Assembly: GCA_951406725.2 (NCBI GenBank)
Contig: OX597818.1
Span: forward strand, 89,590,001 to 89,654,000
Direction: 5' to 3'
Source of the DNA: Octopus vulgaris
Lineage: Eukaryota
Length of the DNA: 64,000 nt
The first letter of the stretch is position 1. Each line of letters starts with the position of its first letter. A program made the position numbers and the translations under genes. Shown here piece after piece: positions 12,069 to 24,827 of the stretch. The notes under the pieces are model-generated. The model was not told the origin of the DNA. It saw only the letters and a program-made list of their open reading frames with translations, and made no database searches.

Positions 12069-13583
12069 CCGGAATGAAAAAAAAATAGTGCAATGGGTGT
12101 AAAAAAATGCGTAGGAAACGAATATGAAAACAAAAATGCGCGGAAAGCAACGGTGGGTGTGGGAAGAGGACTTTGGAAAATTCACAAGATCCGAGTTTTC
12201 CTTCATAACTTTTAGGAAAATGGGTTTTTTAAATGAAATTTTATATAAATACTTTCCAAAAGGCATAGATTATAATTATAAAGAAATTTGTGGGGAAAAT
12301 CTTTTCCGAAGGGGTGGGAAGAGGACTTCGGAAAATTCACAAGATCCGAGTTTTTTGCCCATAACTTTGAGGAAAATAAATATTTTAAAATGAAATTATA
12401 TATAAATACCTTTCAAACGACATGCATTATGGATGTCTGATGTGCCGTAAACCCCTTATTTTTTGTTCGGAAAAAAAAAGCGCGCGAGGTGGGGGGATTA
12501 TTGGAAAATATTGTTTTTTTTTCGATGAATGAATTATGGTGTCATAAAACACTTTTTTCTTTTTGTCCGGAAAGTGGGGGCAGTTTCTGTCTTTAAAATT
12601 TCGTGAAATTTTTACAAGTGCGCCTTTACCATAATTAGGAATCCGAAGAAACTTTTTCAAAAAATGCGTTTTTGGAGCTGAGGTGCGAAACTGCATTAGC
12701 CCCCCCCCTTTTTTTTTTACCCATATTTAAAGATAGCATTTTGCAGAAATACGTTTTCTAGAGTGTGGATTACATTTGACTGAAAATTCAAACAAGTTTG
12801 AAAAGAATAATTAGTGAAAATGCTGAAGTGATAAAAATTAGTGGTAACGAAATCTGGACAAGAGAGACAAAGGATGATACAAAATCCTTATAAGAGCAAC
12901 GTCAGTGTTTGCGTGTGTATGAAACAAGTAAAAGTATAATATTAAAACAAAATATCTTTTATATACTTCTTAAAAATCACTAGATATATTAATTGCAGAT
13001 TGTGGCATATTAGGTCACCGTAATTCATTCCGGTTCTTACCTCCCCACTTTTTTTCCGAACAAAAATAAGGGTTTAGTGGCATATTAAGCATCTGTAATG
13101 CAAGCCGTTTGAAAGGTATACATATACAATATCATTAAAAGATATCCATTTTCCTTAAAGTTGCGAGGAAAAAAATCGGATCTTGTGAATTTTCCAAAAG
13201 TCCTCTCCCCACCCACAAATTTCTCTATAACCGTAATGTATCCCGTTTGAAAGGTAGCTATATAAAATTTCATTAAAAAAAAATCCATTTCCCTAACACT
13301 TATGAGGAAAAAACTCGGATCTTGTGAATTTTCCGAAGTCCTCTCCCCACCCCATCGGGAAAAGATTTTCCCCATAAATTTCTTTATATGTCGTTTGAAA
13401 GGTATTCATATAAAATTTCACTAAAAAAGATCCCCATTTTCCGAGGGAAAAACTCGGATCATGTGAATTTTCCGAAGTCCTCTCCCCCAGCCCCGTTGCT
13501 TTCTATGCATTTTTGTTTTCATATTCGTCTTCTACACATTTTTTTTTACACCCGTTGCACTATTTGTTTTATTTCATTTCCGG
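12069..13583. mobile_element. Foldback element with 400-500-bp modular TIRs
   Basis: 12069-12480 is mirrored by 13045-13583, with internal subrepeats (GAAAATTCACAAGATCCGAG). Relatives at 17590-18060 and 62060-62680. Confidence 0.8.
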
Positions 13584-13635
13584 GAAATATTGTAAACATT
13601 AACCCGTCTCATTAAATCTTAGCATGCACTTCGTA

Positions 13636-14157
13636 CCGTAAATCTTCGAGTATAATCCGCATTTCCCCCCAAAATTTAAAGGTCAAAATCCCTAGTGCAT
13701 ACTATATACGAGGTTAAAAATGAAAAATATTTTCTAAGCAATATCAGAGTCTCTATTTGCTGTCCGGCAATGTTTATTCAGACGCATTTTGTGATGTCGG
13801 GCGCAAAAATACCTTAAGCTAAGCCTGAAAGCAATGAAGTCATAAAATAATCACCCATAACTTGTTGTAAGCAACATTTATTAAAATAAAAAGTATTCAG
13901 AACTCAGAATAACATGTAACAAAAACAATTTGAAAACATATTCACATTCCCATATAACAGTTAAGAACATCACCATTATTGTATTACGCATGCGCAGAAG
14001 TTTTTGTTCGACTAGGTGTTGCTGGCTTCATTACGCACGACTCAAGTTAGAGAAGGGGTGCGTCTTATACACAAGGTTTAGGTTTTTCAGATGTACAACA
14101 CCCTAAAAATCCCCTGCGTATTATACTCAAGGGCGGACTATACTCGAGGATTTACGG
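13636..14157. mobile_element. CCGTA-terminal (Tc2/pogo-like) MITE
   Basis: TIRs CCGTAAATCTTCGAGTATA / TATACTCGAGGATTTACGG with TA TSD. Confidence 0.85.
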
Positions 14158-14976
14158 TACTCGCGTTGTTTTTTTTCCTCCTCTTTTTTTTTAATTACGT
14201 TTTTGGATTTTGTTCGCAAGATTCTTTATGTGAATTCGTGTATTGAAGCATTTGCTGTTGTGTCTGGGAGAGTCATTCTTTTTTAATGCCTTATAATTTA
14301 ACACACTCACTAAGTAAAATTTCCACTTATTTACTTATTTATTTTCCTACAATTTTCGTTGCGTCTTGCAAACTTCTCAACAGTTGTTGACTCTGTCCGT
14401 TATTCAAGCTGCGCTCTTTTTGTTTGTTTGTGCGCATGTGTGTGGGTCAGCGTGTGTGCGCATACACATGTGTGTATGTATGCTTGTATGCATATATGTA
14501 TGCATGCATTCAAATGTGTGTATGCATGTGTGTATGTGTGTGTGTGCGTATGTATATATGTGTATACGTTGGTATGTTTGTATTCTGCATATTCATGTGT
14601 TTGTGTGCCTCTGTCTCCTTGTGTGTGCATGACTGCGTGTGTGTGTGTGTGTGTGTATGGGTTTTTGTGACTATGTACTGTGTCTGTATATATGGTTGTA
14701 TATATGTGGACATGTGTCTCCATATGTGTCCTTGTGTGAAGTGTGTGTGTATATGGTCATGTGTTTCAGTCTTCATTTGCGTATGTGTGCTTGCCTGTTC
14801 ATATTACCTATGTACCTATCTATCTGTATGTCTATCTGTTTACTTTCATATCCATTTGCCTACATACATGTGCATATACATATACACACACACATACATA
14901 CATCTACATAACAGCCCACTAACTAGTCTACCTGTATATAAATATAAACTGTGGGTATGAGGGGTATGATTACCTA

Positions 14977-15400
14977 CTACGTATATTTCCTTTTCAGTAC
15001 TGGGGATGTTTCATTTATGAGGACGTACTCCTGTATTTGTCTGAGGGTTGGGTCCTTTGAATGCTTAGATAAAACGCGGATGTCAAGTTGACCCAGGTTG
15101 CCTCCATGTTGGTCCTTGGCGTATTGGTAGAGTATGGTGGACTGTTTTTTGTTGTCATATTCTCTTAAATGTTCATTTAGTCTTTCCGCAATGCTCCTAG
15201 ATGTCTCTCCTATGTGTGTCATGTTCATGTCTTTATAAGCACCTTCTATGCATCTTATGTTGTAGACTACATTTCTTGTTCTACAGTTAATGCCAGGGCT
15301 AATCCTACATACCATGCAGTTATCATTGATGCATATGGTATTCTCAAAGGGGTGCGTCCTACATAGTTGTGATCTGATGGAGTTCCCTGGCTTATGAGTC
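14977..15400 (-). pseudogene. PLE GIY-YIG endonuclease fragment with Cys-rich linker (Neptune-like)
   Basis: CINDNCMVCRISPGINCRTRNVVYNIRC..HIGETSRSIAERLNEH..RQIQE..I. No RT is present. Confidence 0.8.
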
Positions 15401-15534
15401 TGAACGAAACGTTAGTCGAGTATATGGTGTTGTTACTCAGGCACTTAGTTATGAGTCCACCGTATCCAATAGCGGAAACAGCTGTAAGCTAATAAGGTTC
15501 ATAAGATAATTGTTTATTCCTTTGTCATCTACTA

Positions 15535-15601
<67 letters not shown>

Positions 15602-15609
<8 letters not shown>

Positions 15610-16100
15610 GGACGGGCACTCACTTTACAGGCCTCCAAGGCCTTTCTTGCCGCTTCAATGCTGGTCGCTTCGCTTGTCATACGGAGTTGAACCTGATACT
15701 CAAGAGAATCTTGGCTCGGGTAAACATCCCTTCCATCTTAGAACCATCTGGATTGTCCAGATGTGATGGGAAGAGACCTGACAGCCTCACCTTGTGCCTC
15801 TGATCGCAAGGCAGATGCCTTTTCTGGGACGTAACAGTTAGCGACTCCTTTGCTTCTTCGCACATCCTGGATGCTGCGGTCAGAGCGAGATCTACAGCTT
15901 CTGCGGCCGAGCGGAACAAAATCCTGAAATACCGCGATCGGCCAACTACATCTTCCATTCTGCGGGGTTCGAGACGTTTGGTGGGGTCGGACCACTAACT
16001 GCGAGATTCCTGCCTTCACTGGCAACTCGCTTGGCTGTTCCAGCGCATCAGCCTAGCCATCATACGCAGAAACGCTGTAAGCGTGCTGGCATGCCTCAAT
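15602..16100 (+). pseudogene. CRE-clade non-LTR retrotransposon C-terminal restriction-like endonuclease fragment
   Basis: GLSCRFNAGRFACHTELNLILKRILARVNIPSILEPSGLSRCDGKRPDSLTLCL*SQGRCLFWDVTVSDS. In-frame stop; 5' end abuts (TA)n. Confidence 0.8.
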
Positions 16101-17035
16101 CGCCATTAGAGAGGTTTCCCAGCGCCCCAACTTTTCAACATAAGGTGGTGAATTATTCTGTGTTTTTCTTTTTTCTCGTTTTTCTTTTCTCTTTTTTCTT
16201 TTTAATTCTTTCAATTGCGTTCTCTGTTATGTCTAATTTTCTAGTTTAATTTTGTAAAACGGTAAACACTGTGAAGATTTTCGACCTAGTTTGCAGATTG
16301 TCATCAGTTTAATAAATCTTACTTACAAAGTGTATCAGTCATTTGACTGCGGCCATTCTGGAGCACTGCCTTTAGTCGAACAAATCGACCCCAGGACTTA
16401 TTCTATGTAAGCTTAGTATTTATTCTATCAGTCTCTTTTACCGAACCGCTAAGTTACGGGGACGTAAACACATCAACATCGGTTGTCAAGCGATGGTGGG
16501 AAGACAAAAACAGACACATACACACACATATATATATATACGACGGGCTTCTTGCAATTTCCATCTACCAAATCCACTCACAAGGCTTTGGTCGGCCCGA
16601 CGTTATAGAAGACACTTGCCCAAGGAGCCACGCAATGGGACTGAACTATGTGCACACAGCCACGCCTGCGCCTATAGCAGAATACTCTTGCTCAAGGAGC
16701 CACGCAGTGAGACTGAACTCGGAACCATATGGTTAGGAAGCAAGCATCTTACCATACATCCACGCCTGTCGTAACGTGGTCCAACTGCGTGCCTGGAATA
16801 AGGCAAGTGCTGAGAGAGAGGGCACGGCATATATTTATATTTATTGTAATTGCTCTTTTTGCTTTCTTTTGAAATTTTCTATTTCAGTGCAAACTCCCCT
16901 ATGGCCCCGATCATGCTGCGTTACCATTTTTTCACATATAAATTGTGCATATTATAATTTTTACGTATTTGTAAACGAACCTCTAAAACAATGGTAGAAA
17001 TAAGTTGTTTTTTTTTTCTTTTTTTTTTTGTAAAA

Positions 17036-17202
17036 GGCGTAGGAGTGGCTGTGTGGTAAGTAGCTTGTTTACATGGCTCCGGGTTCAGTCCCACTGCGTG
17101 GCACCTTGGGCAAGTGTCTTCTACTATAGCCTCGGGCCGACCAAAGCCTTGTGAGTGGATTTGGTAGACAGAAACTGAAAGAAGCCCGTCGTATATATGT
17201 AC

Positions 17203-17245
<43 letters not shown>

Positions 17246-17460
17246 TGTGTCTGTGTTTGTCCCCCTAGCATTGCTTGACAACCGATGCTGGTGTGTTTAT
17301 GTCCCTGTAACTTAGCGGTTCGGCAAAATAGACCGATAGAATAAGTACTGGGCTTACAAAAGAATAAGTCCCGGGGTCGAGTTGCTCGATTAAAGGCGGT
17401 GCTCCAGCATGGCCGCAGTCAAATGACTGAAACAAGTAAAAGAGTAAAGAGTAAAAGAGA
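17036..17460 (+). mobile_element. tRNA-derived SINE family A (CORE-like, internal microsatellite); representative full copy
   Basis: TGGCTGTGTGGTAAG..GGTTCAGTCCC..CCTTGGGCAAGTG..GGCGGTGCTCCAGCATGGCCGCAGTC..(AAGAGT)n. Other copies near 4403, 6026, 16335, 22663, 26415, 37870, 43800, 46630, 48620, 52490 and 62680. Confidence 0.9.
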
Positions 17461-17589
17461 GAGCTGAATTTTATTTTAACAAGAAAATTTCAGAGTATTT
17501 ACTAACCAATCTAGTGGAAAGTTTGGCGTGAAAAAAGCATGATTGGGTGTGTGTCACACACACGGTGGTAGTGGTGGTGGTGGGGGGGG

Positions 17590-18060
17590 GGTGCGGACTC
17601 GGATAATTCACACGATCCAGTAACTCGGGTCAAACACTGGAGTTTAAAGGTCAAGGTCTGAATTTTCGGAGTCCCCACTTTCCGCCCCCACCCCGTTCGC
17701 CAGCGTGCAGTTTTTTTTTTTTTCATTTTCGTTTACTACATGTTTGTGACTGGATGTTGAAGTGGGGTTACTGGATCGTGTCTATTATCCGAGTCCGCAC
17801 CCCCAACACACATCACAAGAATTGAAAAAAAAAAAAATAGTGTACTAGGTGTAAAATAATATTCAGTAAACGAATATGAAGAAAAAAAATTTCGCCGACG
17901 GACGAGGAAATGGTGAGAGGACTTGGAACATTCCCAATGTGAATTTTCCGAGTCCTCTACCCGCCCCCCGTTCGCCAGCGCGCATTTTTTTTCCATATTC
18001 GTTTACTACATTTTGTTGTACACCCATTGCACTATTTTCTTTCTTTTTTTGCTTCGGTTA
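17590..18060. mobile_element. Foldback-family hairpin remnant
   Basis: AAAATAGTGTACTAGGTGTAAAA..AACGAATATG is mirrored by CATATTCGTTT..TACACCCATTGCACTATTTT. Confidence 0.65.
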
Positions 18061-18136
18061 AACACTTTAGTTTGACCGAATTTTTTTGTGCATTGTTGCT
18101 TATTTTTGTCGTATGAATCATAAGAATGTTTCTGAG

Positions 18137-18566
18137 CAGCGCTGGATTAACCATTAAGCAAAATAAGCACGTGCTTAGGGCATCAAGGGAAGGAGGGGGG
18201 GGGCGCACCACAGAAATGGTAAATGGCTTACGGCACAAAAGAAATCACTTTAAACCTGTTTAAAATAATATTCGGGATGCCTTCATCTCTACTAAGTATA
18301 GATGCAGATGTATTACTTAAGATTAATTTTGAGGATCTGATCAAAGACTTTGATATTCAAAGAAGTAGGAAGAAATTTTTCAAATATAAATAAAGTAGAA
18401 GTATACAAATATAAACATTATTTTCCCTTTTACTGTTTTGTTTCGTTTTGAAAAATAATTTATTTTATGGTTTGCTATTGTTTATATTTTGAATTACACA
18501 ATCTTTTATGGGGGCACCAAACTCTTTTAAGTGCTTAGGGCCTCGATGGGTCTTTATCCGGTCCTG
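18137..18566 (+). mobile_element. hAT (Tip100-like) deletion derivative
   Basis: Ends CAGCGCTGGATTAA / TTTATCCGGTCCTG. Dimerization-domain remnant SLLSIDADVLLKINFEDLIKDF. A further 5' end lies at about 27140-27264 (-). Confidence 0.7.
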
Positions 18567-18595
18567 GCCGAGAAGGAACCCAAACAGAAACATAC

Positions 18596-18658
18596 GCTAG
18601 AGAATTTCAAGTTCATAATTCTGCTGTACACGCGTGAAAATTTTGGCAAAGATACTCG
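18596..18658 (-). other. Candidate alternative (stop-containing) 63-nt exon in intron 3 of the small gene
   Basis: Acceptor CTTCCCTCTTTCCTCCTGTTTAG| and donor |GTATGT. In the gene frame it reads EYLCQNFHACTAEL*. Confidence 0.4.
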
Positions 18659-18707
18659 CTAAACAGGAGGAAAGAGGGAAGCAGGGCTGGTCCTTTTGAT
18701 GCCATTG

Positions 18708-18721
18708 ATTGCCATGGTAAC
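18708..18721 (-). promoter_or_regulatory. RFX X-box-like palindrome
   Basis: GTTACCATGGCAAT (minus), one mismatch from GTTRCCATGGYAAC, 50 bp upstream of the 18596-18658 exon candidate. Confidence 0.3.
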
Positions 18722-18939
18722 ATCGGATCAGTAGGGTTCTTCGATTGTTCCTAGGTCAATATCCTATTCTTTTATGGGGGCACAAAAGTCTCTAAATGCT
18801 TAGCGCTTCAATGTCTGAATGTGTGTATGGTTATATCACATCGTTTCAGATTTTTGTGATTGTTGTTAATATTTTTCAGTGATGTGGTGGTGGTGTTGTC
18901 TTTCTTTTGCTAGATGGGTAGATAGAGAGATAGATAGAG

Positions 18940-19004
<65 letters not shown>

Positions 19005-19029
19005 CATACATACATACATACATGTATAT

Positions 19030-19178
19030 ATGTATTTTCTCTCCCTGTTTATTTCTATGTTCCTTTCTGCTGAAAAGCGTAGGCTCGAAACGTGAAAAGA
19101 CTTTTTCACTTCCCGAGCGTTAAACTAATACATCTGTTCGTTGTTTACACACACGTCGTCTTTTTTTTTTGTAAATTC

Positions 19179-19182
<4 letters not shown>
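19030..19182 (+). mobile_element. Second copy of the about 170-bp HHR-like mini-element (degenerate core)
   Basis: CTTT CTGCTGA AAAGCGTAGGCTC GAAA CGTG AAAAG; homologous to 6948-7116 and followed by (TA)n. Confidence 0.6.
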
Positions 19183-19248
<66 letters not shown>

Positions 19249-19276
19249 TGTATGTATGTATGTATGTATGTATGTA

Positions 19277-19325
<49 letters not shown>

Positions 19326-19369
19326 GTATATGTGTATATGAACACAATAATTCAACAACAAAACAATAC

Positions 19370-19400
19370 CGCGTCTGCCAAACAAAGTACCAGTTACGAC
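19370..19400 (-). CDS. Small orphan gene, coding exon 3 ([10 protein letters not shown])
   Basis: Acceptor CTTTCACTTTCTCAG|, 31 nt, donor CG|GTATTG. Open in the phase set by exon 2. Confidence 0.65.
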
Positions 19401-20101
19401 CTGAGAAAGTGAAAGTAGTACGTTATAGTGAAAGATCACCCAGGGCTAACCTATCTAATCTATCCTTTCCGTTCTTTTTTTATTCACACAGGAGTTGGAT
19501 AAAATAATGGAAACACCTAGCATCATAATTTTGAACTAAGCTTGTTTATTTTTATGTTTTTTTAAAATTTTATTTATTATTAGTGTTGCTTAATATGAAA
19601 GGTGTCTCGTCTGTGAATATACTGTCTTCTCTTTCATTCTTTCTTTCTTTCATTTTATTTGTTAGGTACTGTATTATATTTATAAGTTCATCTCTATAGA
19701 TTTTCTATAGAGTTCGGAGCCAGCACTGAAAGTTACGTTTCGTATATGGATCAGCCTATCTACACAATGGAAGATAGCAAAAGTAGGTGATGAGTGTATA
19801 TGCATATTTCAAGAGTTATTGCTCTTTCATCAGCACCACATCCAACTCATCAACTATTTACGAACACATTGCTTAAATACCCACAAAATTTAGCGATGTA
19901 ACACAATAGGAGAGACCAACAGACATATCAAGCACATTCCTGGCAACTGGTATGAAAATATTAATTGCTAGCAAAGACACAGTATTTTGCTCTGCAACCA
20001 TAATATACTACCAAGTAGATGAAAGAATTACAAGTCAATATCGTGCCTTACTTTTGTGTTAGCAGTGCATTATTTTCATTTTAAAGTTTATTTCTTTAGA
20101 A

Positions 20102-20477
20102 CAGCGCTTCTTAAACTACGGGTCGCGACCCCAAATGGGTCGAAATGCTGGGAGCGCGAAAATTAAATTCAAACTCTTGAATTTCAGTTTATATGTTATT
20201 TCACAAATGCACAATATTTAACGTGATGCGCCCACGCAAGCGCTGCGGCAATAAAACGCGCGTGCGGCGCCGTTGCGACTAGTGCTGTGACAACGTGTGT
20301 ATTTTTCAGTGTAGTTGGTTGTGTTCATTTCAATAAGTGTATAGATAACAATACATATTTTATTCGATTGGTTTATGTATTTATTTGTATGTTTTATTTC
20401 ATATTAAATATTTGGGGTCGCGAAAAGTCTTGTGATGAAAAATGGGGTTATGAATGAAAAAAATTTAAGAAGCGCTG
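20102..20477. mobile_element. hAT (Charlie-like) MITE
   Basis: TIRs CAGCGCTTCTTAAA / TTTAAGAAGCGCTG with a perfect 8-bp TSD CTTTAGAA. Confidence 0.92.
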
Positions 20478-21218
20478 CTTTAGAAGGTGAAAAGCTGACT
20501 GCTACTTCTAGTAGATTGGTTCCAAATTTTGGCACAAGGCCAACAAGTTCGGGGGATGGGTAAGTCAAATGCATCAACCCCAGTGTTCAACTGGTATATA
20601 TTTTAATCGACCTTGAAATGATGAAAAGTAAAGTCGACCTCGGCAGGTCCAGAACTCAGAACGTAAAGACGAACGAAATACCTATTTCTTTACTACCCAC
20701 AAGGGGCTAAACACAGAGAGGACAAACAAGGACAGACAAACGGATTAAGTCGATTATATCGACCCCAGTGCGTAACTGGTACTTAATTTATCGACCCCGA
20801 AAGGATGAAAGGCAAAATCGACCTCGGCGGAATTTGAACTCAGAACGTAGCGGCAGACGGAATATCGCTAAACATTTCGCCCGGCGCACTAACGATTCTG
20901 CCAGCTCGACAAACGAAATACTGTTATGCATTTTGCTCGGCGTTTGTCCTCTCTGTGTTTAGCCCCTTGTGGGTAGTAAAGAAATAAGTTCTCTCGTTTC
21001 GTAAGTGATGTTGGTGGGGGATGAAAAATGAATTGCAAGAAGGAAAAGGAAATACAAGTCGTGAGACGGGGTGGAAAGAGAGGAAATGGGAAAGTAATAT
21101 TGTATATGAGAGGGATGGGATCAGCGGTAGAACGACATGAAAGAGACGGAAGGGGAGCAGTACAGAACGTCCATAAATTACCTTTAGAAGTGGCAAATTT
21201 CATAAAAAAAATAATAAA

Positions 21219-21639
21219 TGGCGATCTTTCGTCTCTAGTAGACCTTTCCGTCGATTTCCGTAATTTTTTTTTTTTTTTTACATATGGGCTTGCGGGAACT
21301 TTTGAAGTAATGAGAGCGAAAGAGACTAAGAGAAAGCGATTGTATGACGAGGGAAGTTCTTTTGAAGTTACCGTGCATGGGAGCATTGATGTATATGTGT
21401 GTGTGTGTGTTTGATGAGGTGTGGGAGAAAGACAGTATGTTGTGTAAGTGAAGTGCTTCTGTTAGTGTGTGTGAAGAGACAGAGTAATGTGTGAAAGAAA
21501 GAGATAACTGAAATTTTTTACTCGGTGTATGTGTATATGTATGTATATTACTTCAAAAGTTCCTGCAAGCCCATATGTAAAAAAAAAAAAAATTTTACGG
21601 AAATCGACGGAAAGGTCTACTAGAGACGAAAGATCGCCA
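21219..21639. mobile_element. MITE with about 92-bp TIRs (possibly Merlin-like)
   Basis: TGGCGATCTTTCGTCTCTAGTAGACC.. is mirrored at 21547-21639. AATAAA is directly repeated on both flanks. Confidence 0.85.
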
Positions 21640-22201
21640 AATAAATAATAAGGATAACTCGGAAGTTATTGGAAAACATAGGCAAATGAATAAAGTTTTG
21701 TAAGAAATATTAGAACGTTTCCACGTGGGTTCCATTAGTTGCATGCAACACATCTATTTCTACGATAAATTGTAGAAGTTGTAAAGATAACTATATGAAC
21801 AGTTGTAAAGATAACTATATGAACAGCCCGCACAAACGTTAGCACGCAGGGTGAAATGCTTTACGGCATTTCGTCTGCTTTTAAATTCTGAGTTCAAATC
21901 TGTCGAGGTCGACTTTACCTTCCATACTATCAAGGTCGATAAATTAAGTACCAGTTGCATATTAGGTTAATCTAATCGACTGGCCCCTTCCCCCAAAATT
22001 TCGGGCTTTGTGCCTAGAGTAGAAAAGCCCGTATATAAGCTGAAAGATAGATGCGAGAGTGAAAGAGAAAGTGTAAATGAATGAATGAAGAGAAGGCGAC
22101 TCAAGGTTTTGTGATTTCGTCTACACTTGAGTGAAGGTACACACAACTACATGTGGGTGTGTGAATTTGGTAGAGCCAATAAATAAATGCTTAAATATGC
22201 A

Positions 22202-22252
<51 letters not shown>

Positions 22253-22255
<3 letters not shown>

Positions 22256-22604
22256 TCCCGGGTTGAGTCGGGGTTAACCACAGTAAATAAGGTACTCAAT
22301 ACATAGCAGAGTAAATTAATTTATTTTATAGAAGGAGCTTCTACAGGACTAGAACTGTTTCATTCAAATCAATTATTCTATTTATTCATTTATTTACATT
22401 ATCACTGATTCTTTTGACAACTCCCCTAAGAAAGACAGTTTGTGCCCTGCTTACCCAAAAAATGTCCCCCACCACCACCCCATTAAATCTGCCTAAATGT
22501 ATAAATGCCAGAACTTATTTTGACAGCAAGCTTCCTGATGATTTCATTTGAATGAAACAGTTCTAGTCCTGTAGAAGCTCTTTCTATAAAATAAATAAAT
22601 AAAT
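22253..22604. mobile_element. PLE pseudo-LTR remnant with inverted arms, in (TA)n; HHR at 22529-22579 (+)
   Basis: About 22320-22370 is the inverted complement of about 22547-22597. AGCTTC CTGATGA TTTCATTTGAAT GAAA CAG..CTG TA GAAGCT. Confidence 0.75.
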
Positions 22605-22611
22605 ATATATA

Positions 22612-22664
<53 letters not shown>

Positions 22665-22821
22665 TCTTTTACTTGTTTCAGTCATTTGACTGTCGAGCAC
22701 CGACTTGGGTCGAGCAAATCGACCCCAGGACTTATTCTTCGTAAGCCTAGTACTTATTCTATCGGATTCTTTTGCCGAACCGCTAAGTTACGAGGACGTA
22801 AACACACCAGCATCGGTTGTC

Positions 22822-22903
<82 letters not shown>

Positions 22904-23409
22904 CTCACACTCACATAGACTAATTGAAAGCCAAAAATGATAAACCAACGAAAGTCAAAGGAACACACACACGTGGATTGTATGAAGTTTGGCGCTCAGT
23001 ATAAGAGAGGGAGAAAAAAGAGTGAGCCACGTGTACATCTTTCTGACCTTGGTTGTTTTGTTATTTTTAATTTTCGGTTCGCCTATTATCGCACGCTCAC
23101 ACGCATCTTCAACGTTGTTCTTCCGATGATGATTTGGCGAACGTAATTCTTGGATTGAATCTTTTATTTACAAAGGCTTAAAGTTTGATATTCTTTTACC
23201 CAGTCAGAAAACACCATTTGGAAGCTGTCATTTTGTGTGTGACTGCACGTGTTGTGAATTGTAAACAAATGAAATAATGGCGAAATTTTTATTTCCCGCA
23301 CGAATATATAACCCCTCATAACTGTTTTTGTAATTTTAGTAAACTTTCGCGAATTTCTATTCGACACACAGGAATTTATACGATTATGCAAAAAAAAAAA
23401 AAAAAGGTC

Positions 23410-23755
23410 GTGATTTAAGGCTTATTTAGCTGTTATTTTTAGCACATATCATGACCACATCATACATCGCATTTTAAGCATTTAATAAACCAAAAGTGAA
23501 TTCATGAAATTCTAGCCAATGACATGGTAGTCCCTATGTGGTCGCTAATTTGCTAGAACTAGCATCTAAATTTCAGTCGGACCATACCCTACTAATTAAA
23601 AAAAAACAAGTGCGTGATTTAAGGCCTATTTAGCTGTTATTTTTAGCACATCTCACGATCACATCATACTTCGCATTTTAAGCATTTAATAAACCAAAAG
23701 TGAATTCATGGCAGCTAAATTTCACTGGGACCATACCCTACAAATTAAAAAAAAA
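23410..23755. repeat. Local tandem duplication (about 200-bp unit, second copy internally deleted)
   Basis: CGTGATTTAAGG..AAAAGTGAATTCATG..ACCATACCCTAC is repeated at 23409 and 23613. Confidence 0.85.
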
Positions 23756-24827
23756 ATAGTACTACACATTTGACAGTGTAGCTCCAAATATACAAACGAA
23801 ATGGTTACGGTTGGATCAACATCGATCACAGGTTTGAACGGATCCAACAACATGAAATCTTTCGAGGCAAACGACCTGCGGTGCATTTTTTTCTTTAACT
23901 TGTTTCACTCACTGGCCAGACGTGGGCAACTGCCTTGAAGAGTTTAGTCCAGCGGTTAGCTGGCAGAAACGTTAGCACGCCGGGCGAAATGCTTAGCGGT
24001 ATTTCGTCTGCGTTACGTTGTGAGTTCAAATTCCGCCGAGGTCGACTTTGCCTTTCATCCTTTCGGGGTCGATAAATTAAGTACCAGTTACGCACTGGGG
24101 TCGATGTAATCGACTTAATACCTATGGCTGTCCTTGTTTCTCAACCGGGACCCATACGACTCTTGGGGTCCATATATTTTGTCGTTAAAATTTATTCAAG
24201 ATAAATTGGCGCTTTCTCCCCACCCCTATACACACCATTTTTGCAGTGTTCCTTCCCGCCAATTATTAAATATTACTTAATTTTTTTTTTCTTTAAATTT
24301 GCTCGGTCTCTATTATTGCTAATTATTCTCAGATGACCACCCCACCATCACTCACTTCGTAGATCTGTAATTAAAAATGTTTTGGCTGTGATGATCCCAT
24401 GCTTTGTTCATATCTAAGGCTTCTTAATCCAGTGTATCAACACTTTTTAAAGACTGTGTATTGTGATTTCTATCGTGTCAAACCAGCAAGCAAAAGGTGA
24501 AAGCTATTAAAGTCAATAGCATCGACCCCAGTACTCGGCTAGCACTTCATTTTTATCGATCCACTGAAAGATGAAATATACAGTTGACCTCTGCTGTATT
24601 TGAACTCGGTACGTACAAATGGAAGAAGATCGGCCGATTATATCAACACCGGTGCTCAACTGGTACTTATTTCATCGCCCTTCGGAAAGATGGAGGGCAA
24701 AAACGACTTGAATGGAATTTGAACTCAGAACGTTAAAGAGCCGGAAGAAATTCGTTTAGCATTTTGTCCCACACTCTTAACAATGCTGTTATGTAATAGG
24801 GCAGGTAAGTCTTAAGTTTGCACCTAC

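Noticed and set aside
16268-16312. HHR-like core on minus (CTGATGA..GGTC GAAA) at the end of the CRE fragment
   Set aside because: No credible stem I; may be a decayed 3' hairpin.
18596-18615. Selenocysteine read-through of two in-frame TGAs in the 63-nt exon
   Set aside because: No SECIS or redox motif identified; skipping the exon gives a clean ORF.
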